Shown here: positions 52,220 to 64,000 of the stretch, in pieces
How positions within the stretch are numbered: the stretch's first letter is position 1
How the letters are laid out: each line of letters starts with the position of its first letter
From: Pavona decussata
Lineage: Eukaryota
Direction: 5' to 3'
Length of the DNA: 64,000 bases
Assembly (NCBI GenBank): GCA_977016875.1
Contig: CDRNST010000006.1
Location: forward strand, 806,001-870,000
Notes under the pieces: model-generated
The model's database searches: none
What the model saw: only the letters and a program-made list of their open reading frames with translations
What the model was told of the DNA's origin: nothing
Position numbers and translations under genes: made by a program

Positions 52220-53399
52220 CTTTTTGCTTGTTTGAATTTAAGCTGCTTAGAGCCGCCATTCTTTTAATCATCTGTCAGCTAAGTAAATAAATCCAAAATG
52301 ACTGAATGGGAGTTGAAAAGCACATGAAGTAACAAAACGTATACGGAAATAAGGCTCAAAATAGACGATGAAAGACTCTATAAACTCACCATAATAGGAA
52401 CGAGCCCCGACTTACATGATATAAAAACAGGATAATCCATTTAATGGAGATCTACTACGTTTTTCGCTATTGATTTTCCTCTTTCCGTTTTTCTGGAACA
52501 TCAAAATTATCGAGGAAAACAAAGAGCTTAATTTCTCCTAAGGAAAGCCACTCTAAATGAAGTCATTCGTTGAGTATGCAAATATTTTTGAGTCAGTAAA
52601 TTTTACAAACGTCACAAATTTTATCACCAGTTACCCGTAAAAATATACCAGAATGCAAGACAAAAGAAAATCAGTGCAGGCCCAAATATGACTTGGACGA
52701 TTTATTAACTTCAAACAACAATAATAACGTGCAATATTACATTTCAGTGAATATTCACCATGTCACAAATGTTTAATTTTCAAATTAATGAAAATGGAAA
52801 ACTGAATTAAAATGAACTAAAAATAATATTTCAGGTAACAGTCCGCATAACAATTGTCTCCTTTTTGAAAGAATGAAAAGTTCATAGTAGTTGTTTTTAC
52901 TTTAACAGTGTGTCATTTGGTTTCCCGCTTGCTTAAAATGTAGAAAATCGTGTACATGGTATTTTGTATTTTTAGTTTCAAAGAGAAATTGGTTGTATTT
53001 AGCTGTATTTAAGTTTTATTTAAATTTCCTGCGGAAAAAAATTTGCTTACTTTACTTTTACGTATCTTCTTCTTGAGAGAAGATTCTTACATGTAGTCAG
53101 CAATCATTACAATATAAAGGACAAAAGGGGTTGAAACAAATTTGCGTTTATGCTGTTTCCCTTGGTATCTAACAAACGTACGGTAAGCACGAACGGAAAA
53201 TTCCGTTCCCCCTCTGTTCCCCCAAAAGAATGCTGAGCTCGTGTACGAAAAATGCCTTGTACATCGTCTAGGAGGAAGGGTGGAATTAGCAAGATGCGTT
53301 GTAAATGGATAACATGGCTTCTTTTCTCGAGTCACACCAAATTAAGAGTTACCCGCAGTACTTTGTAACATTTGTTCCAAGCCCTTTTGTCCACCATTG

Positions 53400-53562
53400 T
53401 AGGTAAACTGGACCATTACGCAATTTGTTTTAATTCTAATAATACCAGCTATGTTAAGGTGGCGGTTTAAGACATAGGTTCCTACTCTCATCTACGCCAA
53501 CTTGATCTTGTCAAGGTTAAGTTTGGTATCGAGTCCCATACTGCAGATGAATATTCCACGAA
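53400..53562 (-). mobile_element. Possible CR1/L2 LINE ORF2 3' remnant
   Basis: The reverse strand encodes VEYSSAVWD, resembling the conserved post-RT motif LEYxxxVWxP. Confidence 0.35.
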
Positions 53563-53816
53563 GTAAACAGCCTTAATCTAACAATTTCATGTCAGCGAAC
53601 TCTGACTATTTTACAATATAAATGTATTAAAACTTAGTTTCTAATTTTGTAATGAAATTGATGAAATACTGTTTTCAGAATGATAATCCTTGATTGCTGA
53701 CTAGTAATGCTTGGAATTGGAAAACAATGCTATTTCGACAGTTCTAACCAAATATAGGAAACCCCAAATTTTGGCTTTTCCCAAGCAATCATTGTGGATT
53801 GACCCGGTAAGAATTT

Positions 53817-56800
53817 TTACTTAAAATTACAAGTTTTAGGAGGATCAAAAAATTCAAGGAGAAGGTTCGCGTAGTCATCCTCCTCACGTCGATCATCAGC
53901 CTCTATGTTTTCTGTACGTCGACTAAGAACAGCAATTCTCTTATCAAATTTGTCCATTCTATCCTCCGTGCACTGCATAATACTCTCAGAGTTTAAACAA
54001 AAAGGTTCTGCATCAGAGCGGCACATGCTAGCGAAAGTTGATTCATCACAATATAACTTAAACTGGTTTCCTTTTTGGACTTTTTGAAACATCTCAAAAA
54101 AGCGCTCGTCAATAAATTTTGCCATTTCTAGATCCTCTGCACTTTCTTCAGCTTGAGTTTTGGCGTCGGTGTACGACTCATTCAGCACAGACACTAACAT
54201 ATTCATAAGGACAATGGTCATTGTTATATTGTATGTGAAAGCAAATAAGGGTCCAAGAAACGGGTTTTCACTTCTTAAATCATCCAGTGGGACAGCTCTC
54301 CCTAACAGAAATTCAAATTGAGAGATAACTGCTTTTACATAGCTTGAGTATTCAAGGGCTGCATGACCAAAAAACTGCTTCCCTGATATCACAAAAGCAT
54401 TGAAAATTATCAGAAAGAAAACTACATACGACAGTTGATAACCCACTGACTGTCGGAAAGATGAAAATAGAAAAATCACATACGGGTTGAAACGGATCAA
54501 GTTCAAAAGCTTAACTGTTACCATAAAAATGGCAACAGCGATTGCGGCATTTTCCCAATTGGCCCAGTCTAGAGCTTCGTGAAAATGCAAAATTTCATAT
54601 GGATTGGCTTGAATGGCTTTGATGCTCTTCAAAACATTCTTGGATCTGATCATATAGAACACTACTGATAGTACCGAGAAGATAATCATTAATAAGTCAA
54701 CCATGTTCCAAACTGACTTGAAAAATCCGAGGCGCTGACGGTAAAGGTGGACCAGCATCACAATCAAGTAATAAAGCACCATCGCCATGAAAAGGAACTG
54801 ACAAATGAGGTAGAACATTAGAGCTCCTGACTCTGTGCTGTACAACTCAAGTGTGTCAACCCTTCTAGTTGTGTAAGCAGCACCAGTAGCGATGACCTCG
54901 TAGAAGTACGTGGCGATACTGAGAAGATTTGTATTAGCATTGAACACGGCGAACTCTAATATCACGGCTCGAGTATGGCGATCAACCCATCCATAGCCGA
55001 AAGTCTCGCCCAGGACACCTTGAGCTGTACCTTCGTCATACCCCATGACGGCAACATAGCCCCCACCTTCATATGAATTTTGTGTGCCTTTAATCGGGTC
55101 GTTGTTAAGTTCTTCAGCAGTTTGGTACCTCCAAGGTTTGGGGCACAGTTGTAAAGCCGTCGGCCATGAAGTATTGAAGGGTAATGGTATCCAGCCAGGG
55201 AGATTCAGTTGTGTAGTGTCTTCTTTTTCACTGGAGTAATCGTAGTAGCAGTGCGAAATGAAGCGAGGAAGAGCTTCACAAGAACCTTCAAATTGAAAAG
55301 ATAATCGTGGAATTAATTCGACATTTATTTTTTGGAATGAATACATCATTTGAAATTAAAACTATCGCAAAATTAAAATGAAACAAAATTGGCAATGGCA
55401 ACTGCATGTTTGTGAACAAACTTGCACATCGCTTCCGTTTTCCTGACCTTTTCTTTCATCATTGTACTGTTTTATTTGATACCACTAATTAACATCAACT
55501 TATTATTTGTTTAAATAAAAAGTTAAAACTTTATCAAATTCCGTTGGTATCCGTACTTATTTTCATTAATGATTTTTTATTATTATTTTTGCTGTACTCC
55601 CCGATCAGCTATTCTCGCTGTTTGTGGCTAGCAATAATTTTATGTAAAATTTGCAAAAAAAAAACAACAACAACAACAGCAACAACGAAGGTTGAAGTTG
55701 AATGTTGAAGCTGAACTGTTATACTTGAGATTAGAAGAAGAGCGATGACTAGTTTCATGTCTGACTGCTTTTGTCATTGTTGCTTGAATTGGTGTTGCTT
55801 GAATTGACAACAATCTGACACCTGAGGGTAAAGCACTTGAGATCCAAGAATATGATAATTTATTAGACTTTGGTTTTAAGTGACCCACCCAAACAGCGTC
55901 ATCGACACTGTTTGGTCGGGGCTTGTGATATCTTGTTTCCTGACAGCTTCAGGTGTAACAACAAAACTCGAACTTACTCTTTTTAATTCTTAGTTGTCTC
56001 ATCCACGGCATCCCAATCAAAATGGACATCTTATTTTCAATATACACGTCTTTGTTCTCTTTGTTTCCATTGTACCACGGTTGGTTGTAAATGTTTGGAA
56101 GAAACTCCTGCCTCATCCACCCCCACAGTCTATGAGTGTCGGTTACCTGCAACAAGCATATCGAGGTGACAGATTACATTAAAAAATACCGCAGTGATTA
56201 AGTTGGTCACAAAAAAGCGACAAAACCATTACCGAAACTCGCCAATACAAACAAACACAGTAATAATGATAATAATAATGATAATAACAATAACAATAAC
56301 AATAACAATAACAATAACAATAACAATAATAATAATAATATTAATAATAATAACGAATGTGTGAGAGGCTAGATACTGAGAGGTTCTAGCTGTTGTGGAT
56401 GCGAGATGGAACCATTGACATCCTCATTCCTAATTCAAGGTTTTTATCCTCAACGAATGACTTACAAAACGCATATTGTTATTCCATAAGTATAGGAAAT
56501 CGTATGAACGCGAGTGCATTTCGTGATTTATGGGCACGAGTGATGTTTTGAAAGTTCTCAAAATTGCATGAGCCGTAGGCGAGTGCAATTTGAGAACTTT
56601 CAAAACATCACGAGTGACCATAAATCACGAAATGCACGAGCAGGTTCATACGATTTTTTTATTTATTATATTCTCAACAAAATTACTCCATCGCGCTACT
56701 CTGCACGCCTTACGTACTACAAAAAACACTTCAATGGGTCCAAAATGCTCACATGTTTTATTTGAACCAATCAAAAATGTAATGTTGTGACAGGTAAATC

Positions 56801-59800
56801 AAGCGTAAAGTTTTTGAAAGTTTCTCAGAAAATATTACAAGCCGAACTCAAAAGCTAAATTTCAGTTTATATTAAAAGCGGCAAGAGTACTTAAGCCCGG
56901 TAATCTGTTTTCAAATGTTTGATCTCCGATCGGCCTCAGGGAATAACATTCTGACTTGCAGACTTTGGTGAACTGCATTGCCCCTGAATCACGTTAAATG
57001 TGACTTGACAGTTGTGAAAGTTGTTCACAGTGAAAGCATGGCCGCTTGTTTTCACCTGTTCACATGTTGAAGACGTTGCAGGAGAAGACCACATTGGTAG
57101 ACCAGGAAAACTGCTGGAGGCTGCTGACTTCGGAGTCATGCTGATAATTTTTGAAAGCTGTCGCTGTTCCTTCTCGCTACCTTCATCGTAGTCGTTAAGA
57201 GACTTTTCACTTACGTGGCCGGTCACCTGGATTATCGACTGCCTCTCGACGCTTGCTGCTCTGAGTTTCTTCACAACTGTCTTCCTTGCGGTGTGGTTAG
57301 TCAATTTCTTCTTGCTTGTTTCCAGAGCTGTGTTCTTGACGACGCTCTTCATCATATTGTCGATGCTGTTTACGCCGAGCCGCTGCGCTCTTGTACCAAA
57401 CATTTGTTTTGGGATTTTCGATTATGGCAAGGTAAAAAGGACCTTTGTCTCGCAGCTCTTGAGGACGTCTACCAAGGTGTTGCTTCAGTAACTCAACAGG
57501 GCATCTCTGACCGCCAGTAGCGAACATTTTTGGCAGAACACTACGATGTTTTGTGTTCAGTCCTCCCTGCCTCGTCTTTGTAGGATTTTCTTTAAATGTG
57601 ACGTACTCTGTGCCTCTGTCGTCCACACAAAAACTGAAGTCCGCGACTTCCATTGAATGGTGTTCCTGTCTTCCCCTCAGGCCAAAATGTTGAGTCAAGA
57701 TCCACCACATCGTCTGGGAAAGAACTCTTGGACTGCAGTCGCCGAGACTTTGTTCACTCCATAGCATTTTTTCTTCTTCGGCTGTCAGTGCGTTCGCGGC
57801 GTTGGGTCTCTTCCCTTTCCCTAGTTGACGGAGACACTTCACTTTTCCTTCGAGTACCAACTTCGACTGGTGAAACTCTCGGTCTCGTATAATAGAGTAC
57901 TTGTAGTCATGCTCTTTTAAATAGCGGTCGAGGGCTGCCAGCATGGATTTTAAACTCTCAGGTTCGTCCTTTTGTGCGTATTTCTGTGTAGAAGATTTGG
58001 AACATTTTATCGAGTTGTTCGTGGTCGTATTCTTCCATTTTTGGGTTTACTTTTCGTTGAGTCGCCTATGTTTGCCAGACATTTAACCAGGTCTGTGTAG
58101 CTTTCGACGTGTTTTTGTTTTTCGCATTTTCTTTAAGTTGCTCAACGATGTTTTGGTTTGACAAAGCAAACCGACTCTCAGCCATTTTTTTATAATTTCG
58201 TGTTCAAATTTGGCGCTTTCCTGGTGTTTCCATGGCAACTTCTCCGTATTGCACTCTATAACCTATTTATGCATTCATCATTGACCAATCAGAAACGCGA
58301 TATTTTGTTGAGTATATAATAAATAAGAAAAGATCGATGTTTTGCACTTATATACGCAATGTATACCAAAAAGTAGTTTTACTTAAGCAGAGTAGTCCGT
58401 TCAGCTACGAGGCAGGCATTCATAGGGGCCCTGGAAAATAAAGATATGTACAATTTATAAATAAAAAAATATTAAGTTATAGAAGAAAAGACTTCTTACC
58501 GCATCAAATTTCGTAAATGGATTTAGCATTGTCGAAGTCATCATAAATCGATAATTGTTCTTGTTTGCGTAACAAACCATCGCCAAGAAAAACACAAATA
58601 TCAGATGGATTACTATTTCTCTGATCATGCCAGCCAACTTCGTCTCCTTTTTGGTTCTTTCACGTATCGCCTCCAGCCTCGACCTTTTAAACTTTTCCTT
58701 TGGATTATCAATCAGAAAATCAATATAATCCTCATGTGCATCACCTTCTTCAACGTCTGCCTGAGAATCAGTTTTGCCCTTGGTCCTTGCAAAAAGCAAA
58801 GAAACTACAACAACAGCCAGCATAACCTTCGTTGGCTGCACGACAAAAATATCCTGGCCGTTTGAGATCAAAATGGAGGACAACCATTGTTCAGCAACTT
58901 CTTTGCCCCACATTAAGCTGTAAAATAAAGTGAAGGCTGCAGCAGTTAGTGTTGTGACAAAGCAGAGAAACCAGGCAAGGTATACACAAAAGTGAGGCAG
59001 CATGCAGCCAACTTCCCTCACTTGATCCACCAGCTGCTGGGCGTGATCGATTACCTTGTATTTATCACCCTTCTGGCATCTTGGTTTGCTAGACTTAAAG
59101 AGAAAGACGATAAGGATATTAACAGGTGCAACTATCAGTCCACTTTGTACTCCAACGATGATCTGTCTTAGAGAAAACTTGAACGGTCCAACCTGTATAG
59201 CCCCGTCTGACTCTCCCCCAATGTTATAAAACATGGCATTTGCAATCATGACACTAAACAGAACTGACAGGCAACAAGAAGCTCTTTGTACGCGTGTGAA
59301 TGTGCTGCTGCACGCTTTGCCAAACACAGACATCCATAAGTGGCTGTCGGCGATTTTCCTCCCGAAACGCGAGCGGACCTCATTTGAAAAGGTGACGGCA
59401 CTTTTGTTGTTTACAGTAACTTCTATTAGGCCATCTTCCTTTTCAACAGCAAGCCACCTATTTATGGGATATACCCATTGTTCCTCTGTCTGCCTATCTT
59501 TGATGGTAACCGTTTCTACGAACCAAGACGGGTTTTCTCCATCGTTGTCGTGTTCTAAAGTTATTTCTTTTAGAGGACCCAGCGATTCATTCGTAATCAG
59601 AACAAATCCGCTGACACTTCCCCTTGAAAATAAGTCACACGATTCCCCTTTACTTCGAAGAGGAACCTGGTTCTGATCATTTATTTCGCCTTTTAAGCTA
59701 ATTGTTACATTAGCTGTTGTCCCTGAGTTTTTCCAAACACCAGTTCCAATGACCATGTCGTAGTAATAGGTTCCTCCTTCAATGACGTTGACGTGCTTTG

Positions 59801-62682
59801 GAGGACACATCTGCGATAGGCGAACAATGATAGAAAATAATTCAGCATAAAATTAACACAATGATTGAGACGAGTAAACTACGACCAGCTCACAATAGTA
59901 ACATTGAAACTGGAAAAAAACCGTGATGTTGCTTAGAAACATCGACTTTACACTGTGCTCAGCAACTTAACATGCAGTCTGTATATTGTTTGACGTTTGC
60001 AAACGCATATAAAACGCATGTAACATACGACATCGCATTGCATGTGTGAAGTCTATAGCAACTGGTTCGGCGCGGTTAATAAATTTCAGCTTGAATAATG
60101 GTGCCTTTAATGACAGGCTGACAACGGAGTTATTTTCCTGCCGTTGGCTACTTAAAGTACGCCTTAAATCTCGGACCCTAAATAAGAAGATAGAAAAACA
60201 GTGCATATGTAATAGGGTAAGGCCTTTATTCTCGTATTGTAACTCACCATGTTTTCGTCTCTTTTATCCGCTCTCCTAGCAAAAACAATCACAACGAAGT
60301 ATAGAAGGAACGCGCAGCAAATAGTGACCAACACTGAAATATTGCCACTTTCAGCAAGATTTCCAAACTCTGCAAAAACTTTGTCGAAGTCAATGGGATT
60401 TGGGGCTTGTATGAAATTTCCCCCAAAAGACGTCAAGTGATTGCAACGACATATGAGATGGGTCGAGTTTGACTTGGGATCAACCTACAAAAAAGTACTT
60501 ATTGTCACCAAGACGCTACAAATCTGTGAAAGTAAATTTTCGTACTTTTTTTAGCTGTTTAACACGCAATCGAGTTTAATTACTTTTTTTAGAGTGCCAG
60601 TAGACTAATTGGGGCCTTTACATTTTCAACAGGTGTTCTCGTTAATACTAACATGGCTAAAGATGACAAATCCCGAGCTAAATGAAATAAATTTCAATAC
60701 GATAAAATGAAACCCGTGTTAAATAAATTGGTTCAGACAATACACTTGGGATGTTGAAACCCGGATCCTCATTATACAAGAGATCAGGGAACAAAATTTG
60801 GGAAATTAAAAGAATTGACACTAAAAGCATAGCTTTTGACCAGGGTTCAAAATCTGACCAACGATTATTTCAGCATTGGTCGATAGACCAGTTTACAAAA
60901 GTACCTTGCAGCCATCCCACATCCAGTTGTTCTTATCTTCAAACCAAGACAAGCAACTGGATTAGGTAATAGTTATGGTATTGTTGATGTATCATACTGA
61001 GGAACAACCATTTTTCCCAATGTTTTCCCTTTTCGTCGAATATTTGTGTTTTTTTATTATCGTGATGTGCAAAATAGTAATAACATATTTGGTTCTAAAC
61101 GACAGTCTCCATTGATAAGTACTCAAACCTCTGGTGAAAAGTTGGAGGAAAATATTGTTAAAGTAAAAACTACCTTGCAGCCATCCGAGGTCCACTTGTC
61201 CCTGTCTTCAGACCAATACAAGCAGCTTGATTGAGTAATACTCATGGTGTAATTAACATCTGTTTCCGGCTCATACTGTGGAACAACTACTTTAGTGACT
61301 CCTTTTGGGGGTGGATCCTTGAAGCCGACACACGCACGCCTTTGCCGACCATGGCCAAAACACGATCTCCTCTCTCTTTCATGTTCAGTGGAATTTTTAA
61401 TTGCCATTACTCCTACATAAAGTCGACCTGGCTTGGTTGGCACAGCTGCAATAGAACCCTTCTCGTGAAAACAAGATGTTTCGTTACCTTCCTTGTCGAC
61501 CTCACATTTGTAATTAAAGGAAATCGTGAGGTTGAGATCAAATTCATCAATAGCCGGTCTTGATCCAAATTTAACAAATAATTCAATGGCAACGTTATTT
61601 TCTTGTATACCCATTTCAATGGTTACTGGAACATCTGCTAGTTCCGCGTAGTAAGAGTGGACTGCCATTTTGTTTGGCTTCAAGAAAAGATGTTCTGGTA
61701 CCTCGCTAGTATTGCTTCTGTTGTTAGGTGGGCTAGAAATTGGAATGACCATCACAATATCATCATCAAGATTTTCCACGTTGATCTTTGTATCCCCATT
61801 TTGTAAGTCAAGACTGGTCACACTTGACTGGATCGCCTTGCTGCTGTTATCCCAGGTATAAGGATTGAAGCTGACTGCTGTCATCTGCCAACATAATTTA
61901 TAACACGAATAAAATTGACATAGTACGCATTTATTGATTACCTTTCTATGATTTTGTGTATATCTAAATAAGATAATAATATCACTGAAAAACGTTTCTG
62001 TTTTTGTTTTGTGTGTTGAATTTAAACCGAAATGTTTTATATACAGGTGTGAAAACAGACTATTTATTAAGCCAAAATTAAATCGATTAGAATACCTTGA
62101 AAATGCTCGAACTATAGAGAACACATCTGAAATAATATTACAATCATATCTCGACGAATAGAATAATTTTGATACTTTTAACCTTTCTCCCGTCTAAATG
62201 TATAGAGTGGTGTGATTGAAATGGCTCTTGATTGAAACAATGTTCTCGATGAACATTACATTGGGAAGCGAGAGATGAGGGGGGTCAACTGGGTCGGGTC
62301 CCAAGACATGGAGGCGGGTTTCTAGATCCCAACTTTAATTTCTCCAAGTCCTGGTAACTATAAAGACCTGAGGTTTGTTTGTGTGCTCGTTTGCTTTTGT
62401 TTCGCTGAAATATTTAGTCTGAGTTACCAGTTATTTAACCAATCCTAGGCCCCTTACCTTTGCATTGACATCCCCACCACCCAAATTTCCAAGATTGTTC
62501 GGTAGCTTAAACTTTGAAGGACCTTCTTCCATGCTGAGTCCCCTGACCGCGTCCGAAGCAACTTTCTTTAAAGCTATTGCCAGGTCATTGGTCTTGATCA
62601 CCATACTTTCAGACGCCACCAAGCGACCAAGAAATGCATTACTCATGTTTTTCAAGTTCTGATCAGCTCTTTCGACGTTCAA
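53817..62682 (-). CDS. PKD1L2-like: Polycystin-1-like protein, copy B (5' part outside the window)
   Basis: Exons 62458-62682, 61174-61884, 60248-60484 (GPS HLT), 58500-59810 (PLAT+TM), 55978-56146 and 53817-55285 (channel + coiled coil). Same intron positions as copy A. Confidence 0.9.
56262..56354. repeat. (AATAAC)/(AAT) microsatellite
   Basis: Direct reading of the sequence. Confidence 0.9.
56487..58325 (-). mobile_element. Crypton-type tyrosine-recombinase DNA transposon inserted in a PKD1L-B intron
   Basis: A hairpin of about 160 bp at 56497-56657 has loop GAGCCGTAGGCGAG. The internal sequence 56659-56683 is complementary to 58302-58326. The 6-bp end cores are TAAGTA / TAAATA. It contains a YR ORF and is absent from the equivalent intron of copy A. 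Confidence 0.85.
56936..58185 (-). pseudogene. DUF3504 (ZMYM/QRICH1/KIAA1958-like) tyrosine recombinase, disrupted
   Basis: Reads MAESRFA..KNTSKAT..EPESLKSMLAALDRYL..FGLRGRQEH..KTRQGG..CPV..NHTARKT..TGHVSEKSLNDY, giving the R-K-HxxR-H-Y pentad. One in-frame stop (about 58068) and frameshifts near 57970 and 57390. Confidence 0.88.
60901..61010 (-). pseudogene. Degenerate duplicate of the 3' end of the GAIN/GPS exon within a PKD1L-B intron
   Basis: Reads VVPQYD..ITIT*SSCLSWFEDKNNWMWDGCK|GTAC versus the functional VVPQYE..SITQSSCLYWSEDRDKWTSDGCK|GTAG. Confidence 0.75.
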
Positions 62683-64000
62683 CTGCAATGATAAGGGAAG
62701 CAGCAAATATTTCAACGCTGCGGAAAGTAATTAACCACGCCGTTTATGACTCTATCATGGAGGGAAGGGGGTATCTGAATTTACAGCAAGGTGCACCATG
62801 AATTCTATATATTTTTGTTTATAAATAATAATAAATTCTTGTAAGGTCTGCGAAATTAGAACAAAACGTAGCCTTCGACCGTATTTCACAGTGCTCATCA
62901 TCCAAGGTCAGGAATTAATATACATAGACATATATTTGTTTATGTTAAGGGATCGGGAGCCTTTTTTGTCTTAAAAGTTTTCAAAATTTCATTTTTTTTT
63001 CTCGTAATAAAGGTTAATGCCATCTGCTGCATAATGCATTAATAACATTTTTTCCCAATTTTTAACAATTTATTTAACCCAAATAAAAAAAGTATTACTA
63101 CCTGTTGGTGTGTCACCAATATCACCGTACCTGTCATCAATCTACAAACACCATGATAGTCCACATTGCAATAGGGACGAACGCGCAAACTTTTGTTGCA
63201 TAATTCATTTATTAACATATTTCGTAAGTATTCCTTGGTTGAAAGTAGCTGTAGCTTTCGATATTTTGCTTATGGCCTTTGGTGTTATAGAAAGAGGATA
63301 AAAAGAAAGAAATATTCGTCGCTGTTTCTTCCTTCGAAGAAAAAAATGGTCTTAGGCGAGAAAATCAATGGCGATTCCAGTTCGGAGAATATGTTAGCTA
63401 AAAAAAGGTGTCGCGGATTTTTGTGTTTTGTATTCATGCCTGAGGTATTTGCATTCTCATGAGGCAGTCACTCCAATTGAAACTACAATATTTCAGAGAT
63501 GATCAGAATTATCGACAAACGCGCGCAAACATCATCTTCAAAGCAACATCATGTCAACAGCATCAGTTTCCAAAAATTTTTATAAGGCGCTGGAACTTCC
63601 GTTATGAGGATGGGTCGGTTTTTCAAAAATTTCCTCAAGACTGGAATTGAACTTCCTCACAAAGATTTGCATTTATTTAGCCATAACTATTTGGCATAGT
63701 AAAATTATGCGAAATTTAACCCTTTTAGAGAGGCGGTCCTGGAGTAGTCTCCTGCTACATAGTGAGAGGGGATGGAGTTTTAAAAGTTTATGTCCGACCC
63801 CAATAGATCCCTGAAAAGTAATGAGACTAACAAAAGACAACTAAAGATACCAGAAAAAATTAAAACAAAAAATAACAAAAACCCGGTAACTAAATAAAGA
63901 AGAGAGTTCAACGTGTTGAGAAAAAACCTCTTTGTCGCAATATGGTTGCCACGGCAATTTTATAAATCAATTACAGGTCATAATAAACATAAATTTCAGG

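Noticed and set aside
55640-55900. LINE RT fragment (IFLDLK-like)
   Set aside because: Only a single weak motif, so it is not supportable.
57215-57892. Plus-strand ORFs over the YR gene, and similar antisense ORFs over GPCR and PKD1L exons
   Set aside because: Shadow ORFs of real coding sequence with no recognisable motifs.
63103-63142. Additional small exon of PKD1L-B
   Set aside because: It is AG/GT-bounded, but has no similarity to the corresponding copy A exon and its phase is uncertain.

Overview
AT-rich, intron-containing animal DNA. The gene content and repeat families suggest a cnidarian, probably a stony coral (inference). Host genes are three single-coding-exon class A GPCRs (the second and third are a recent tandem duplicate) and two tandem minus-strand polycystin-1-like genes. 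Copy A is essentially complete: signal peptide, F5/8C, 6 cbEGF, REJ, GAIN/GPS, PLAT, PKD channel. Copy B runs off the right edge. The rest is dense with mobile DNA: a 5-kb TTAA-flanked foldback element, an IS3EU-type element (TATGG ends, 6-bp TSD) carrying a transposase N-terminus and a convergent HECT E3-ligase fragment, many MITEs, and tRNA-derived tandem repeats with 5' inversions. The most striking pattern is a Crypton/DUF3504 tyrosine-recombinase element with a long terminal hairpin whose inner base is complementary to the joined element ends (the predicted circle junction). The same architecture recurs in at least three sequence-unrelated non-autonomous elements in this window. Exon coordinates were read by eye and may be off by a few bases.
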